Source: Alphaproteobacteria bacterium UBA7314
GTDB taxonomy: Bacteria > Pseudomonadota > Alphaproteobacteria > MPNO01 > UBA830
NCBI GenBank assembly: GCA_002471575.1
Contig: DKQG01000046.1
Coordinates: 20,043 to 84,042 of the forward strand
DNA length: 64,000 nt
Reading direction: 5' to 3'
In this document: piece after piece, positions 44,575-53,670 of the stretch
How positions within the stretch are numbered: position 1 is the stretch's first letter
Layout: each line of letters starts with the position of its first letter
The notes under the pieces: generated by a model
What the model saw: the letters and a program-made list of their open reading frames with translations, nothing else
Database searches by the model: none
What the model was told of the DNA's origin: nothing
Position numbers and translations under genes: made by a program

Positions 44575-44610
44575 GGGGCTGCCTGCGATTTCGGGCAGCC
44601 CCCTTATTTC
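44575..44610 (+). terminator. Intercistronic hairpin / partial terminator after aapJ
   Basis: GGGGCTGCC-(10 nt)-GGCAGCCCC followed by CTTATTTC. This is a common arrangement after the binding-protein gene of ABC operons. Confidence 0.4.
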
Positions 44611-44659
44611 AAAATCAGAATAGCTGGCAGATTGCCACAGTGACGGGAAGTCTGCCCCA

Positions 44660-45826
44660 ATGGCCGAGAGAATAACCCTCAGAACCATATGGTTTGATAG
44701 ACGAGGGAGAGGGTACCTTTTACAGCTCATCGTCCTTTTACTCGTTGCAGTTTTTTTCGCTGTTATAACTTCAAACACAATCGCTAACCTACAAAAAGCA
44801 GGTCTCACCTCCGGTTTTGGCTTTCTCGGAGATCAAGCATTTTTCGACATCAACCAGCGGCTAATCGATTATACCTCGCAGTCATCGTTCGGCCGGGCCC
44901 TGATTGTCGGACTTTTAAATACAGTCTTGGTCTCAAGCCTTGGAATAATAACGGCCACTCTTATTGGTTTTTTTGCAGGAATACTGAGGCTCTCAAATAA
45001 CTGGCTAGTTAGTCGACTTGTGACTGGGTACGTAGAAATTACGAGGAATGTGCCTCTACTACTCCAGATAATTTTCTGGTGGGCTATCCTGACCAGCCTC
45101 CCCAGGGTTCGCGAGAGCATCCCTTTTTTGGGATCATTCCTTTTAAATAATCGCGGATTACGCGCGCCATCGCCGAATTTTGAGAGCCCATTTTTATGGG
45201 TGTTTATAACGTTAATTCTATGCTCCATCGTCACGGTGGCCATCTCAATTTGGTCGCGACGGCGTCAAAAACTCACCGGAAAAACATTTCCGATTACGCT
45301 TGCTGGCGTCTTTCTTCTCATCATTATCCCACTCTTCGTCTATTACGGCTTGGGTCAACCGATAAACTGGGACATTCCTGAAAGAACACGTTTTAATTTT
45401 CGGGGTGGCTTCAATATTACTCCTGAATTACTCGCACTCTGGATTGCCCTTGCCACTTATACCGGGGCTTTCATCTCAGAAATTGTAAGAGCGGGAGTTC
45501 TTTCCGTCAGCACTGGGCAATCCGAAGCCGCTTTCTCTTTGGGACTCCGAAAAAATCATACAATGCGATTGATCGTCATACCTCAGGCACTTCGTGTGAT
45601 TATCCCTCCATTGACGAGCCAGTATTTAAATCTCACGAAAAATTCCTCTCTGGCGATCGCTATTGGCTATCAAGATCTCGTCTCTATTGGCGGCACGATC
45701 CTTAACCAAAGCGGACACGCGCTCGAGGTCGTCGCAATCTGGATGGTGGTGTATCTCAGCCTCAGTCTAGCAACCTCGGCGTTTATGAACTGGTACAATA
45801 AGCGAATATCATTGGTAGAACGCTGA
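44660..45826 (+). CDS. aapQ: General L-amino acid ABC transporter permease (AapQ/BztB-like)
   Basis: 388 aa long-form amino-acid permease. The N-terminus WFDRRGRGYLLQ... and the block NLQKAGLTSGFGFL are typical of AapQ. Confidence 0.85.
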   Translation: MAERITLRTIWFDRRGRGYLLQLIVLLLVAVFFAVITSNTIANLQKAGLTSGFGFLGDQAFFDINQRLIDYTSQSSFGRALIVGLLNTVLVSSLGIITATLIGFFAGILRLSNNWLVSRLVTGYVEITRNVPLLLQIIFWWAILTSLPRVRESIPFLGSFLLNNRGLRAPSPNFESPFLWVFITLILCSIVTVAISIWSRRRQKLTGKTFPITLAGVFLLIIIPLFVYYGLGQPINWDIPERTRFNFRGGFNITPELLALWIALATYTGAFISEIVRAGVLSVSTGQSEAAFSLGLRKNHTMRLIVIPQALRVIIPPLTSQYLNLTKNSSLAIAIGYQDLVSIGGTILNQSGHALEVVAIWMVVYLSLSLATSAFMNWYNKRISLVER

Positions 45827-46920
45827 TGATGGCCGCAGTAGACAATTATAAGAAATCCCGCCCACCGCCCGCCGCATCCGCGGGGGTGATAGGCTGGTGT
45901 CGCCAAAACCTGTTTTCCAGCTTTTCAAACACGATTTTAACCCTCGTTTCCTTTTACCTCCTCGCTTTGGCAATCCCGGCATTTTTGGATTGGGCGTTCT
46001 TCAGCTCTCAAATCTCGGGGAACACGAGGTTTGATTGCAAGGTGGAGGGTGCGTGCTGGGCTTGGGTAGATCAACGGTTTGGACAATTTCTCTTCGGCTT
46101 CTATCCAGAGGGCGAAAGATGGAGGGTTATACTCGCGTTTGTCCTCTTATTCCCCGCGCTCATACCGTGGGTAACCCAAGATTTACCCGGTCAGAGATAC
46201 CTGCGGTGGTTCTCTGTTGCTTATCCCGCTATTGCCACGATTCTATTGGCTGGGGGCCTTGGCCTCCGGGAGGTTCCAACCGACAAATTCGGTGGTTTTA
46301 TGCTGAATTTGATTGTGGGGCTGTCCGGAATTGTCCTGTCCCTTCCGGTGGGAATTCTTTTGGCGCTGGGCAGGCAATCGAAATTACCTCTGATAAGATG
46401 GTTATCAATCGGCTTTATCGAGGCTATCCGCGGCGTGCCTTTGATAACGCTTTTATTTGTCTCAAATATCCTTTTACCCATTTTTCTGCCACCGGATATG
46501 ACGCTGGATTCGATTATTCGTGTGATCATAATGGTTACGGCTTTTGCGTCCGCATATATGGCCGAGGTAATTCGAGGTGGACTTCAGGCGATACCCTCAG
46601 GGCAAATCGAAGCCGCCCACGCGATGGGTCTCAACTATTGGAAATCTATGCGGCTGATTGTACTTCCTCAGGCCCTCAGAATATCAATACCTGGCATCGT
46701 CAACACATTTATTGGGCTATTTAAAGACACGACGCTGGTGATCGTTATTGGCCTATTTGATATCCTAGGGATTGCCAACGCAATGGTCTCCAATCCAGAT
46801 TGGCTTGGTTTATCAACAGAGACCTACGTCTTTGTCGCCGTCTTCTTCTTTGCGGTTTGTTTTTCTATGTCACGGTATTCAATGTGGCTCGAGCGTCGCC
46901 TCGGCAAACAACGTCATTAG
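45826..46920 (+). CDS. aapM: General L-amino acid ABC transporter permease (AapM/BztC-like)
   Basis: 364 aa. The block [11 protein letters not shown]... and an EAA loop ([24 protein letters not shown]) are present. The start overlaps the aapQ stop. Confidence 0.85.
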   Translation: MMAAVDNYKKSRPPPAASAGVIGWCRQNLFSSFSNTILTLVSFYLLALAIPAFLDWAFFSSQISGNTRFDCKVEGACWAWVDQRFGQFLFGFYPEGERWRVILAFVLLFPALIPWVTQDLPGQRYLRWFSVAYPAIATILLAGGLGLREVPTDKFGGFMLNLIVGLSGIVLSLPVGILLALGRQSKLPLIRWLSIGFIEAIRGVPLITLLFVSNILLPIFLPPDMTLDSIIRVIIMVTAFASAYMAEVIRGGLQAIPSGQIEAAHAMGLNYWKSMRLIVLPQALRISIPGIVNTFIGLFKDTTLVIVIGLFDILGIANAMVSNPDWLGLSTETYVFVAVFFFAVCFSMSRYSMWLERRLGKQRH

Positions 46921-46931
46921 GAGGCTATTTT

Positions 46932-47702
46932 TTGGACAACAGTAAATTAAACAACTCAGACAATCATTTGCGGGTTATAGAGATTGAGGGGCTCAACAAA
47001 TGGTTCGGTTCCTTTCATGTTTTGCGGGATGTATCACTATCTGTCGAACAAGGTGAAAAAATAGTCATTTGTGGCCCCTCCGGAAGCGGTAAATCCACCT
47101 TAATCCGCTGCATTAATTTTCTGGAGGAGCATCAGGAAGGGCAGATTGTTGTTGATGGAATTGAATTAACTGGAGATTTAAAAAATATTGATGCGGTCCG
47201 GCGAGAGGTTGGAATGGTTTTCCAATCGTTCAATTTGTTTCCTCATTTATCAGTGCTCGAGAATTGCACTCTCGCGCCAATCTGGGTTCGAAAGACGCCG
47301 CAGGCGGAAGCAGAAAAACTCGCGATGGAATATCTCGATAGGGTAAAAATACCGGAGCAGGCTCACAAATATCCTGGTCAACTATCCGGCGGCCAGCAGC
47401 AGAGGGTTGCGATTGCGCGTTCGCTATGCATGAAGCCCAAAATAATGCTGTTTGATGAGCCGACATCCGCCCTTGACCCAGAGATGATCAAGGAAGTGCT
47501 GGACGTTATGGTCGATCTGGCAGACTCCGGCATGACCATGCTTGTCGTCACTCATGAAATGGGCTTCGCTTCACAGGTAGCTGATCAAATTATCTTTATG
47601 GATGAGGGTCAAATTGTTGAGCAGAACACACCCAGTGAATTTTTCGATAACCCACAGTCGGACCGAACCAAACTTTTTCTGAGCCAAATCCTCAGCCACT
47701 AA
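46932..47702 (+). CDS. aapP: General L-amino acid ABC transporter ATP-binding protein (AapP/BztD-like)
   Basis: A TTG start lies 7 nt after AGGAGG and gives MDNSKLNN. Walker [10 protein letters not shown], signature LSGGQQQR and Walker [12 protein letters not shown] are present. The track ORF from 46800 overlaps aapM. Confidence 0.9.
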   Translation: MDNSKLNNSDNHLRVIEIEGLNKWFGSFHVLRDVSLSVEQGEKIVICGPSGSGKSTLIRCINFLEEHQEGQIVVDGIELTGDLKNIDAVRREVGMVFQSFNLFPHLSVLENCTLAPIWVRKTPQAEAEKLAMEYLDRVKIPEQAHKYPGQLSGGQQQRVAIARSLCMKPKIMLFDEPTSALDPEMIKEVLDVMVDLADSGMTMLVVTHEMGFASQVADQIIFMDEGQIVEQNTPSEFFDNPQSDRTKLFLSQILSH

Positions 47703-47881
47703 TCTCGATACCTCTCTCGTCCCCTTTATTTCGTCCCAGACAGTCAGCTTGCTTACACGTCACCGACGCCTACGAATAGCCCTAGAGTATGGGATTTGTA
47801 GATGGGGAGAGATTTCTTGGGACTTTGATTGATAAATTCAGGATTGTCGAGAAGTCGGGTAATTAAGCCTTACAATAATAT

Positions 47882-49600
47882 TTAGCTATTTCCGCAGACC
47901 ACGTTAACCAACGCCTGACGCTTTTCCCCCGTGACAACGTTCAACGCCTTATCCAGCGTCGACATCAGATCATCTGGTTCTGTGACACGAAAGCCAGCGC
48001 CTCCGGACACCTCAACCGCTTTCTCGTAGTGCTGATCGACCGTGAAGTGCGTCAACGGCTGACGATTGGCCTTCGACGCATACCCATCCGGTTCCAGGCC
48101 CACCGTTGAACGATGAACCGCTTGCCATTGCTGATTATTGAACACGACCCACAGTATGGGAAGGTTCTGCTCCGCAGCAACGTAATGGCAGGAAACCGGC
48201 ACATTGAACATGTAGGCGCCGTCCCCCTCCGTGCCGATCACCAGCTTGTCCGGCGCAGCAAGTTGCGCGCCAAGTGCTACGCCCATGCCATGGCCAAGCC
48301 CTGAGGCAGCGCCTGCATTCAGCATTTTCCCTGGTTTCTCGGTATCGATATATTGCTGCATTAACGGGGATTCACGGACCATGATGGTGTCTGGGTCCCT
48401 GATCTGGTTCAAGCAATAGGATATAAAGGCAGGGCTGATCGGCGATTGCGATTTCTCCGCATCCAGCTTCGATCGCCAGGCGTCTTCCAGTTCCTGATGT
48501 GCCGCCACCGCCTTGTCACGACGTTTTGTGATCTTGGCCGCCGCGGCTTTTTCGTGCTCTGCCATTGCCGGAATCAATGCACGAAATCCAATATCCGCCG
48601 GACATGTCAGCGATATATCAGCGGGAAACCCGCGCACAGGCACCATCGTGTACATGGGATCGGTCGCTATATGGATCACCTTGCAGTCATCCGGCGGAGT
48701 TACCTGCGATGGCAACCAGGGCACGACCGTATCGAAGACGACGATGACATCGGCATCTGCAACATAGGGATTCGGGTTGTAGCCAGCATGCATCGGATGA
48801 CGGGGCGAGATCGAAGTAAAACGGTTCCGGTACTCGACCACCGGGATCGCATACCTATCGGCCAGTTCGGTCAGGGGAGCCATAACGCCAGGGTTTCGCC
48901 CACCCCAGTTCGTGATCATCACCGGGCGTTCCGAATTGGCCAGCAGATCCGCCACCTCATCAATCATATTTGGGTCAGGCCAAGGCGGCGATGCCGGCTG
49001 AACCCGGTTCGGCGAATCGAAACTGAACTCCTCCATCTTTTTTGACAGCACCTCACGCGGCAAGGACAAGTATATTGGACCTTTTGGTTCGCTCATCGAT
49101 ACCGATAGCGCCCGATCGACTATTGCCGCTACCTGCTCTCCATTGCGTAGTTCGTAATCCCACTTGACCGCTTCGCGGGTCATCGCCGCCTGGTCGTACA
49201 TTTCCTGCGTCCAATGGATGTCGAGGCTACGGTGGCCTTTAAGCGTGTCTTCGTTAGTCGGCGTGCGCCCCGCCGTGAACAGCATCGGCACATATCCTCG
49301 TGCGGCATTCAGCAACCCGTTCAGCCCATTTGCGGTGCCTACATTGACGTGCATCATCGTCATCTGAGGCCGGCCTGATACGAGGTAATGACCGATCGCC
49401 ATGTGCTGAGCCGTATTTTCATGAGGACAAGTGATCGGTTCCGGGATCGGTGTTCCCAGTGCCTGCGCCTTCGCCAGAGATTCGATTAGAGGAGCGAAAT
49501 CCGTGCCCGCATTCGCAAACAGATAATCTACGCCCCGGTCCGCCAGAACGGCGAGATAGGCGTCGGCGACCGTACAGTTTTTCAATGTTTTCTTTGGCAC
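47882..49600 (-). CDS. Thiamine-diphosphate-dependent enzyme (572 aa)
   Basis: A PYR domain (PHENTAQHMAIGHY...VNVGTANG) and the TPP motif GDGAYMFNVP...NNQQW are present. Confidence 0.9.
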   Translation of the reverse strand: MPKKTLKNCTVADAYLAVLADRGVDYLFANAGTDFAPLIESLAKAQALGTPIPEPITCPHENTAQHMAIGHYLVSGRPQMTMMHVNVGTANGLNGLLNAARGYVPMLFTAGRTPTNEDTLKGHRSLDIHWTQEMYDQAAMTREAVKWDYELRNGEQVAAIVDRALSVSMSEPKGPIYLSLPREVLSKKMEEFSFDSPNRVQPASPPWPDPNMIDEVADLLANSERPVMITNWGGRNPGVMAPLTELADRYAIPVVEYRNRFTSISPRHPMHAGYNPNPYVADADVIVVFDTVVPWLPSQVTPPDDCKVIHIATDPMYTMVPVRGFPADISLTCPADIGFRALIPAMAEHEKAAAAKITKRRDKAVAAHQELEDAWRSKLDAEKSQSPISPAFISYCLNQIRDPDTIMVRESPLMQQYIDTEKPGKMLNAGAASGLGHGMGVALGAQLAAPDKLVIGTEGDGAYMFNVPVSCHYVAAEQNLPILWVVFNNQQWQAVHRSTVGLEPDGYASKANRQPLTHFTVDQHYEKAVEVSGGAGFRVTEPDDLMSTLDKALNVVTGEKRQALVNVVCGNS

Positions 49601-49681
49601 GTTTCATCCCCGAGTTTGGTATACTCACCAAAAGCATGCCCCTTTGGCGCCAGGATGGCAAAACCTGCTGAATTCCCAGGC

Positions 49682-49882
49682 TCAGCCCCGACGCTGGCGG
49701 TCAATCGTTACACGAACGATGTTGATGCACTGGCTGCGGAGTTGCACAACCGTAGCGTCGGAATTGTCTGAGCACCTGAAGATGGACCCTGTGCTTGCCG
49801 GCAGATCAATATCCAAGATCCGGACGGCCACCTGATCGGATTTGGTCAGGACATGAAACCGGACGCGAAAAGACCCGGCCAT
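49682..49882 (-). CDS. Candidate small ORF (66 aa) in the pobA upstream region, very uncertain
   Basis: The internal Met of track ORF 49682..50173 gives MAGSFRVRFHVLTKSDQVAVRILDIDLPASTGSIF.... My by-eye GC3 is about two thirds. The RBS is weak, no family was recognised, and the 3' end contains an operator-like 14-mer. Confidence 0.2.
   Translation of the reverse strand: MAGSFRVRFHVLTKSDQVAVRILDIDLPASTGSIFRCSDNSDATVVQLRSQCINIVRVTIDRQRRG
49696..49709. promoter_or_regulatory. Half-site copy (GGCGGTCAATCGTT) of the palindrome found upstream of the UbiD operon
   Basis: It is 14/14 identical to 57138-57151. Here the right arm is degenerate (TTACACGA against TTGACCGC). Confidence 0.3.
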
Positions 49883-49949
49883 AGGTTTTCCCAAAGCGCC
49901 CGCCTCTTTCCGATCATATGATAATAATTTATGAACAGGAGAGACACTG

Positions 49950-51161
49950 ATGCGAAACGTACAGCAGAGATTTAAAATGCATGTTCCTGTTGCAATCATC
50001 GGCGCCGGCCCATCGGGCTCGCTCCTCGCGTGGATGCTCAGGCGGAAAGGCATCGAAAGCATTGTCATAGAGGCCCGGAGCCGGGAATACGTCGAGGGCC
50101 GCATCCGTGCAGGCGTTCTGGAGCAAGGGACCGTGGACACCCTGATCGCCGCGGGCGTGGGCGACCGACTCAAAAAAGAATCTTTACATCACCGCGGTGT
50201 GTGTATCGGGTTCAAAAACGAACACTACATTCTCGATTTTGACAAGCTGATCGGCCGAGGCGTTACCGTCTACGGACAGCAGGAAATTACGAAGGACCTC
50301 CTTTCTGCTCTCGACCGCGAAAATCACAATGTACTTTATGAAGCGCCTGCCACGATGGTCGAAGATTTGGAGTCAGAGACCCCAACTTTACGTTACACGT
50401 ACGAGGGTAAAGAGTGCGAACTCACCGCGGACTTCATCATCGGGTGCGACGGTTTTCGTGGCGTCTCCCGTCAATCAATTCCCGCGTCGGTTCTTAAGAC
50501 ACATGATCTCGTCTATCCCTTCGGCTGGCTCGGTATTCTTGCAAATGTGAAACCTTCGAAGGAAGTCGCGCTGTTCTCCCATAATGACCGCGGTTTTGCG
50601 TTACTGAGCATGCGGTCAGAATCAGTCGGGCGTCTGTACCTACAATGCCGAAACGATGAAAATCTGGACGAATGGCGGGACGACCGGATTTGGGACGAAC
50701 TCGATGCACGTCTTGGAGCGCCCGGATGGACGTTGGAGCGCGGAGAGATTACGCAGAAAGACGTCACACCATTACGCAGCTTCTTCTCGGAACCGATGCA
50801 GCATGGACGCCTTTTCCTGGCCGGGGACGCAGCGCATATCGTCCCGCCCACAGGTGCAAAGGGTTTGAATTCCGCGGTCGCGGATATCAATGTTCTCGCG
50901 GCCGCTTTGATCAACCGCATTCAGAACGACGACGAGACGTTGCTACGCGACTACTCCGATATTGCGCTCAGCCGGAACTGGCAGGTACAGCGTTTTTCAT
51001 GGTCGAATACGGCCATGTATCACATTTTTCCAGAAAGCAATTCGTTCACGCGGCGCATGCAGGACGCGCAGCTCGAATATCTCGTGAGTGACGAGACAGC
51101 TCAAATCCTGTACGCGCAGAACCACACGGGTCTGCCCTTTGCCCACAAGCCGGAGTTCTAG
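49950..51161 (+). CDS. pobA: 4-hydroxybenzoate 3-monooxygenase
   Basis: Blocks VAIIGAGPSG, GRIRAGVLEQGTVD, VTVYGQQEITKDL, IGCDGFRGVSRQSIP, YPFGWLGIL, PMQHGRLFLAGDAAHIVPPTGAKGLN and RFSWSNT match Pseudomonas PobA closely (from memory). The ATG at 49977 (MHVPVAI) is an alternative start. Confidence 0.9.
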   Translation: MRNVQQRFKMHVPVAIIGAGPSGSLLAWMLRRKGIESIVIEARSREYVEGRIRAGVLEQGTVDTLIAAGVGDRLKKESLHHRGVCIGFKNEHYILDFDKLIGRGVTVYGQQEITKDLLSALDRENHNVLYEAPATMVEDLESETPTLRYTYEGKECELTADFIIGCDGFRGVSRQSIPASVLKTHDLVYPFGWLGILANVKPSKEVALFSHNDRGFALLSMRSESVGRLYLQCRNDENLDEWRDDRIWDELDARLGAPGWTLERGEITQKDVTPLRSFFSEPMQHGRLFLAGDAAHIVPPTGAKGLNSAVADINVLAAALINRIQNDDETLLRDYSDIALSRNWQVQRFSWSNTAMYHIFPESNSFTRRMQDAQLEYLVSDETAQILYAQNHTGLPFAHKPEF

Positions 51162-51179
51162 TCCGCCTTCGGGGGACTA
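51159..51179. terminator. Short hairpin spanning both convergent stop codons (pobA TAG and ubiD-1 TAG)
   Basis: In TAGTCCGCCTTCGGGGGACTA the two ends pair, giving 8 bp with one G-G mismatch. There is no U-run, so its terminator function is doubtful. Confidence 0.25.
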
Positions 51180-52823
51180 CTCTTCTTCGTCTTTCAGGGT
51201 TCGAACTTCGGTGTTCATGGTCAGGTCGTTCCGGCGGCGCTGGGCGATGATCTCGCCGGTTTTGAAGTAGTCGCTTTCGACCGCGCGCTGCGCCATTACG
51301 TCAAATTCCTCTTCCCATTCGCCCAGCGAGTAGCCGTGCCAAGGTACCTGCGGTTTGAGCTCCGGCAGGCCGAGCTCGTCCCAGATTGCCTTAGCATTCA
51401 CCATATATTCCTTTTTCGGCAGCGAAATCGGCGGAAAATCCTCTTTCAGAGTCGCATCGAACAGGACCGACGCGTCTTCGCCGCCGGCACGGTCGCTGCG
51501 CGGCCCGTGACCGGGGTCCCGATGCTTCAGGATCTCGACGTCGAGCGCCGGATTGGCACGGTAGGCCATGGCCCAGAACACAGCGTCCGCATTGTCGGGA
51601 TCTATATCGTCGTTCACAGCGATGACGTATTTGCCCGCTGCACGATGCAGCGACGCCGCCCCGTACATGGCACGCCAGATTTCCGTTGTCGGCATACCGC
51701 GTTCACAGATGATGACGATCAGTTTCCGGATATTGGTCAGTGGCTCGTGCATCGAAACCCTGATGACACCCTTGATGCCCAGGTGATCGCGCAGATGCTC
51801 GGTGAACATGGGCTCGTAGGCGACGCGCTTGATGACAGAAGACTCCGACGGCGTCACCTGGCTGATAATCGACGTCAGGATTGCGTCACGCTTCCGCGTG
51901 ATGCAGGTGACATCCATGTAGGCATTGTATTCTTGCAGGTTCACATGACCATGGGACTCTCCGAACGGGGCTTCGGGCTCTAGATATTCCGTATCTATGT
52001 ATCCTTCGATCACGATCTCGGCCTCGGCCGGGACCATCAGGTCGACCGTCTTTGCCTTAACGATGTTAATCGGCGAACCGGCTAGCGCGCCCGCGACGCG
52101 AAACTCGTCGAGATCCTCCGTCAGCTTGATGGCCGACGTGAATGTCACAGAGGGTGGCGCACCGAGAACGACGGCGGCGGGCATTTTCTCGCCGCGCTTC
52201 TTGTATTTCTCCCAGTGGATGTAAATCCCAGGACGCAGTTCCAGCGACGGGTTCATGCCCATCCGCTTCTGGCCTTTGATCTGACCGCGGTAGTTACCCA
52301 TGTTCTGGATGCCGCTGTCCGGATCTTTTGTGATGTACTGCGACAACGTCGTATAGGGCGCGTTGTCCCAACCGGGTGTCGAGATGGGTACGGGCACGCC
52401 GTCTAACCCCTGCCCCGCGATATCGAGGTCCTCACCCTGCCATACGATTTCCTGGCACGGCGCTTCGGTGACTTCTACCGGATCGATCGGGTTGCCCGTT
52501 GCCCGTTTCCAGGTTTCCTCGATTTCGTCTAGCTCGCAGCCGATGCCAGTGCGATAGATATCGCGGCTCGCCGCCAGCACGCCGACCGCGACAGGTATAT
52601 CGAACTTGCGCCCCTTTGAATCCACGACGTTGGTGAACAAAAAGGCTTTGCGATCCTTTTCTTCGAGGCCGCCGCGAAATTGCCAGCGTACCAGCGGATG
52701 CAGTTCGGTATCCTTGTTGATCTCACGGTTCACCCGCACCAGCAACCCGCGTCGATCCAGTTCTTCCAGATGATCGTGCAGGTCGGGATAATCACGTTTC
52801 GGTGCTTTGTCTTTCGTTGCCAT
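51177..52823 (-). CDS. UbiD family (prFMN-dependent) decarboxylase, paralog 1, with C-terminal tail
   Basis: 548 aa. Blocks INKDTELHPLVRWQFRGG, GIQNMGNYRG, EAPFGESHGHVN and IDPDNADAVFWAM are UbiD-family motifs. About 60 aa follow the usual end (..IWDELGLP). Confidence 0.9.
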   Translation of the reverse strand: MATKDKAPKRDYPDLHDHLEELDRRGLLVRVNREINKDTELHPLVRWQFRGGLEEKDRKAFLFTNVVDSKGRKFDIPVAVGVLAASRDIYRTGIGCELDEIEETWKRATGNPIDPVEVTEAPCQEIVWQGEDLDIAGQGLDGVPVPISTPGWDNAPYTTLSQYITKDPDSGIQNMGNYRGQIKGQKRMGMNPSLELRPGIYIHWEKYKKRGEKMPAAVVLGAPPSVTFTSAIKLTEDLDEFRVAGALAGSPINIVKAKTVDLMVPAEAEIVIEGYIDTEYLEPEAPFGESHGHVNLQEYNAYMDVTCITRKRDAILTSIISQVTPSESSVIKRVAYEPMFTEHLRDHLGIKGVIRVSMHEPLTNIRKLIVIICERGMPTTEIWRAMYGAASLHRAAGKYVIAVNDDIDPDNADAVFWAMAYRANPALDVEILKHRDPGHGPRSDRAGGEDASVLFDATLKEDFPPISLPKKEYMVNAKAIWDELGLPELKPQVPWHGYSLGEWEEEFDVMAQRAVESDYFKTGEIIAQRRRNDLTMNTEVRTLKDEEE

Positions 52824-52880
52824 ATTCTGCGTCCCAGTATGGATGTTTTGAGTCTTGAAGCCGGTTCTTCGCAGAGGGCG

Positions 52881-53639
52881 TCACCACATCGCCGACCCAC
52901 CGTCAACAACAAGCGTCTGGCCGGTGATGAAATCGCTCTCCCCGGAAGCGAGAAATACGCAGGCGCCAACCAGATCTTCAGGCTCTTCGTGTCGCTTGAT
53001 TGCCCGGGTCTGCATCGTTGCGTCGGCGTTCCCGCCCTTCCAGTTCGTCCTCGCCACCACGTTCTCGCTCATGGTCGAGCCAGGGGCAATGGCATTGACG
53101 CAGATATTGTCGTCACCGACCTCGCGGGCGAGGGAGCGCGTAATGCCAATCACTGCCGCTTTCGACGCGTCGTAATGCAGAAAAAAGGGTGTGCCCTTGA
53201 AAACGCGGCCGGTGGAAATCGAGATAATCTTGCCGTATCCGTTTTTGCGCATTTCCGGAACGGCGGCGCAGCAGCCAAGCCAGACGCCTCGCACGTTCAC
53301 TCCCATAACCGCGTCCCATTCATCAACCGGTATATCGTCGAAATTCTTGCGTTCCACTGCGGTAAAAATTGCCGCGTTATTCACCAGAATATCCAGCCGA
53401 CCAAACGACTCGATCGCTTTCGAGACCATGTTTTCACAGCCATCCTTTGTCGAAACGTCCGTTGGGACATCAACGGCTACCCCGCCGGCCGACCGGATTT
53501 CCTCGACAACGGACGCGCCGGTGTCGAGATCCGCGATCACCAGCCGGGAGCCTTCAAAGGCAAGCGCCTTTGCAAATGCCGCGCCTATGCCCTGGGCTGC
53601 GCCTGTGACGATGGCGACCCGTCCATCCAGTTTTCCCAT
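52881..53639 (-). CDS. Short-chain dehydrogenase/reductase (SDR) family oxidoreductase
   Basis: The NAD(P)-binding TGAAQGIG, NNAA and the catalytic YDASK are present. Confidence 0.9.
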   Translation of the reverse strand: MGKLDGRVAIVTGAAQGIGAAFAKALAFEGSRLVIADLDTGASVVEEIRSAGGVAVDVPTDVSTKDGCENMVSKAIESFGRLDILVNNAAIFTAVERKNFDDIPVDEWDAVMGVNVRGVWLGCCAAVPEMRKNGYGKIISISTGRVFKGTPFFLHYDASKAAVIGITRSLAREVGDDNICVNAIAPGSTMSENVVARTNWKGGNADATMQTRAIKRHEEPEDLVGACVFLASGESDFITGQTLVVDGGSAMW

Positions 53640-53670
53640 TGCTTATCCTCCGCGCCGAAGGTCCGGCCCG

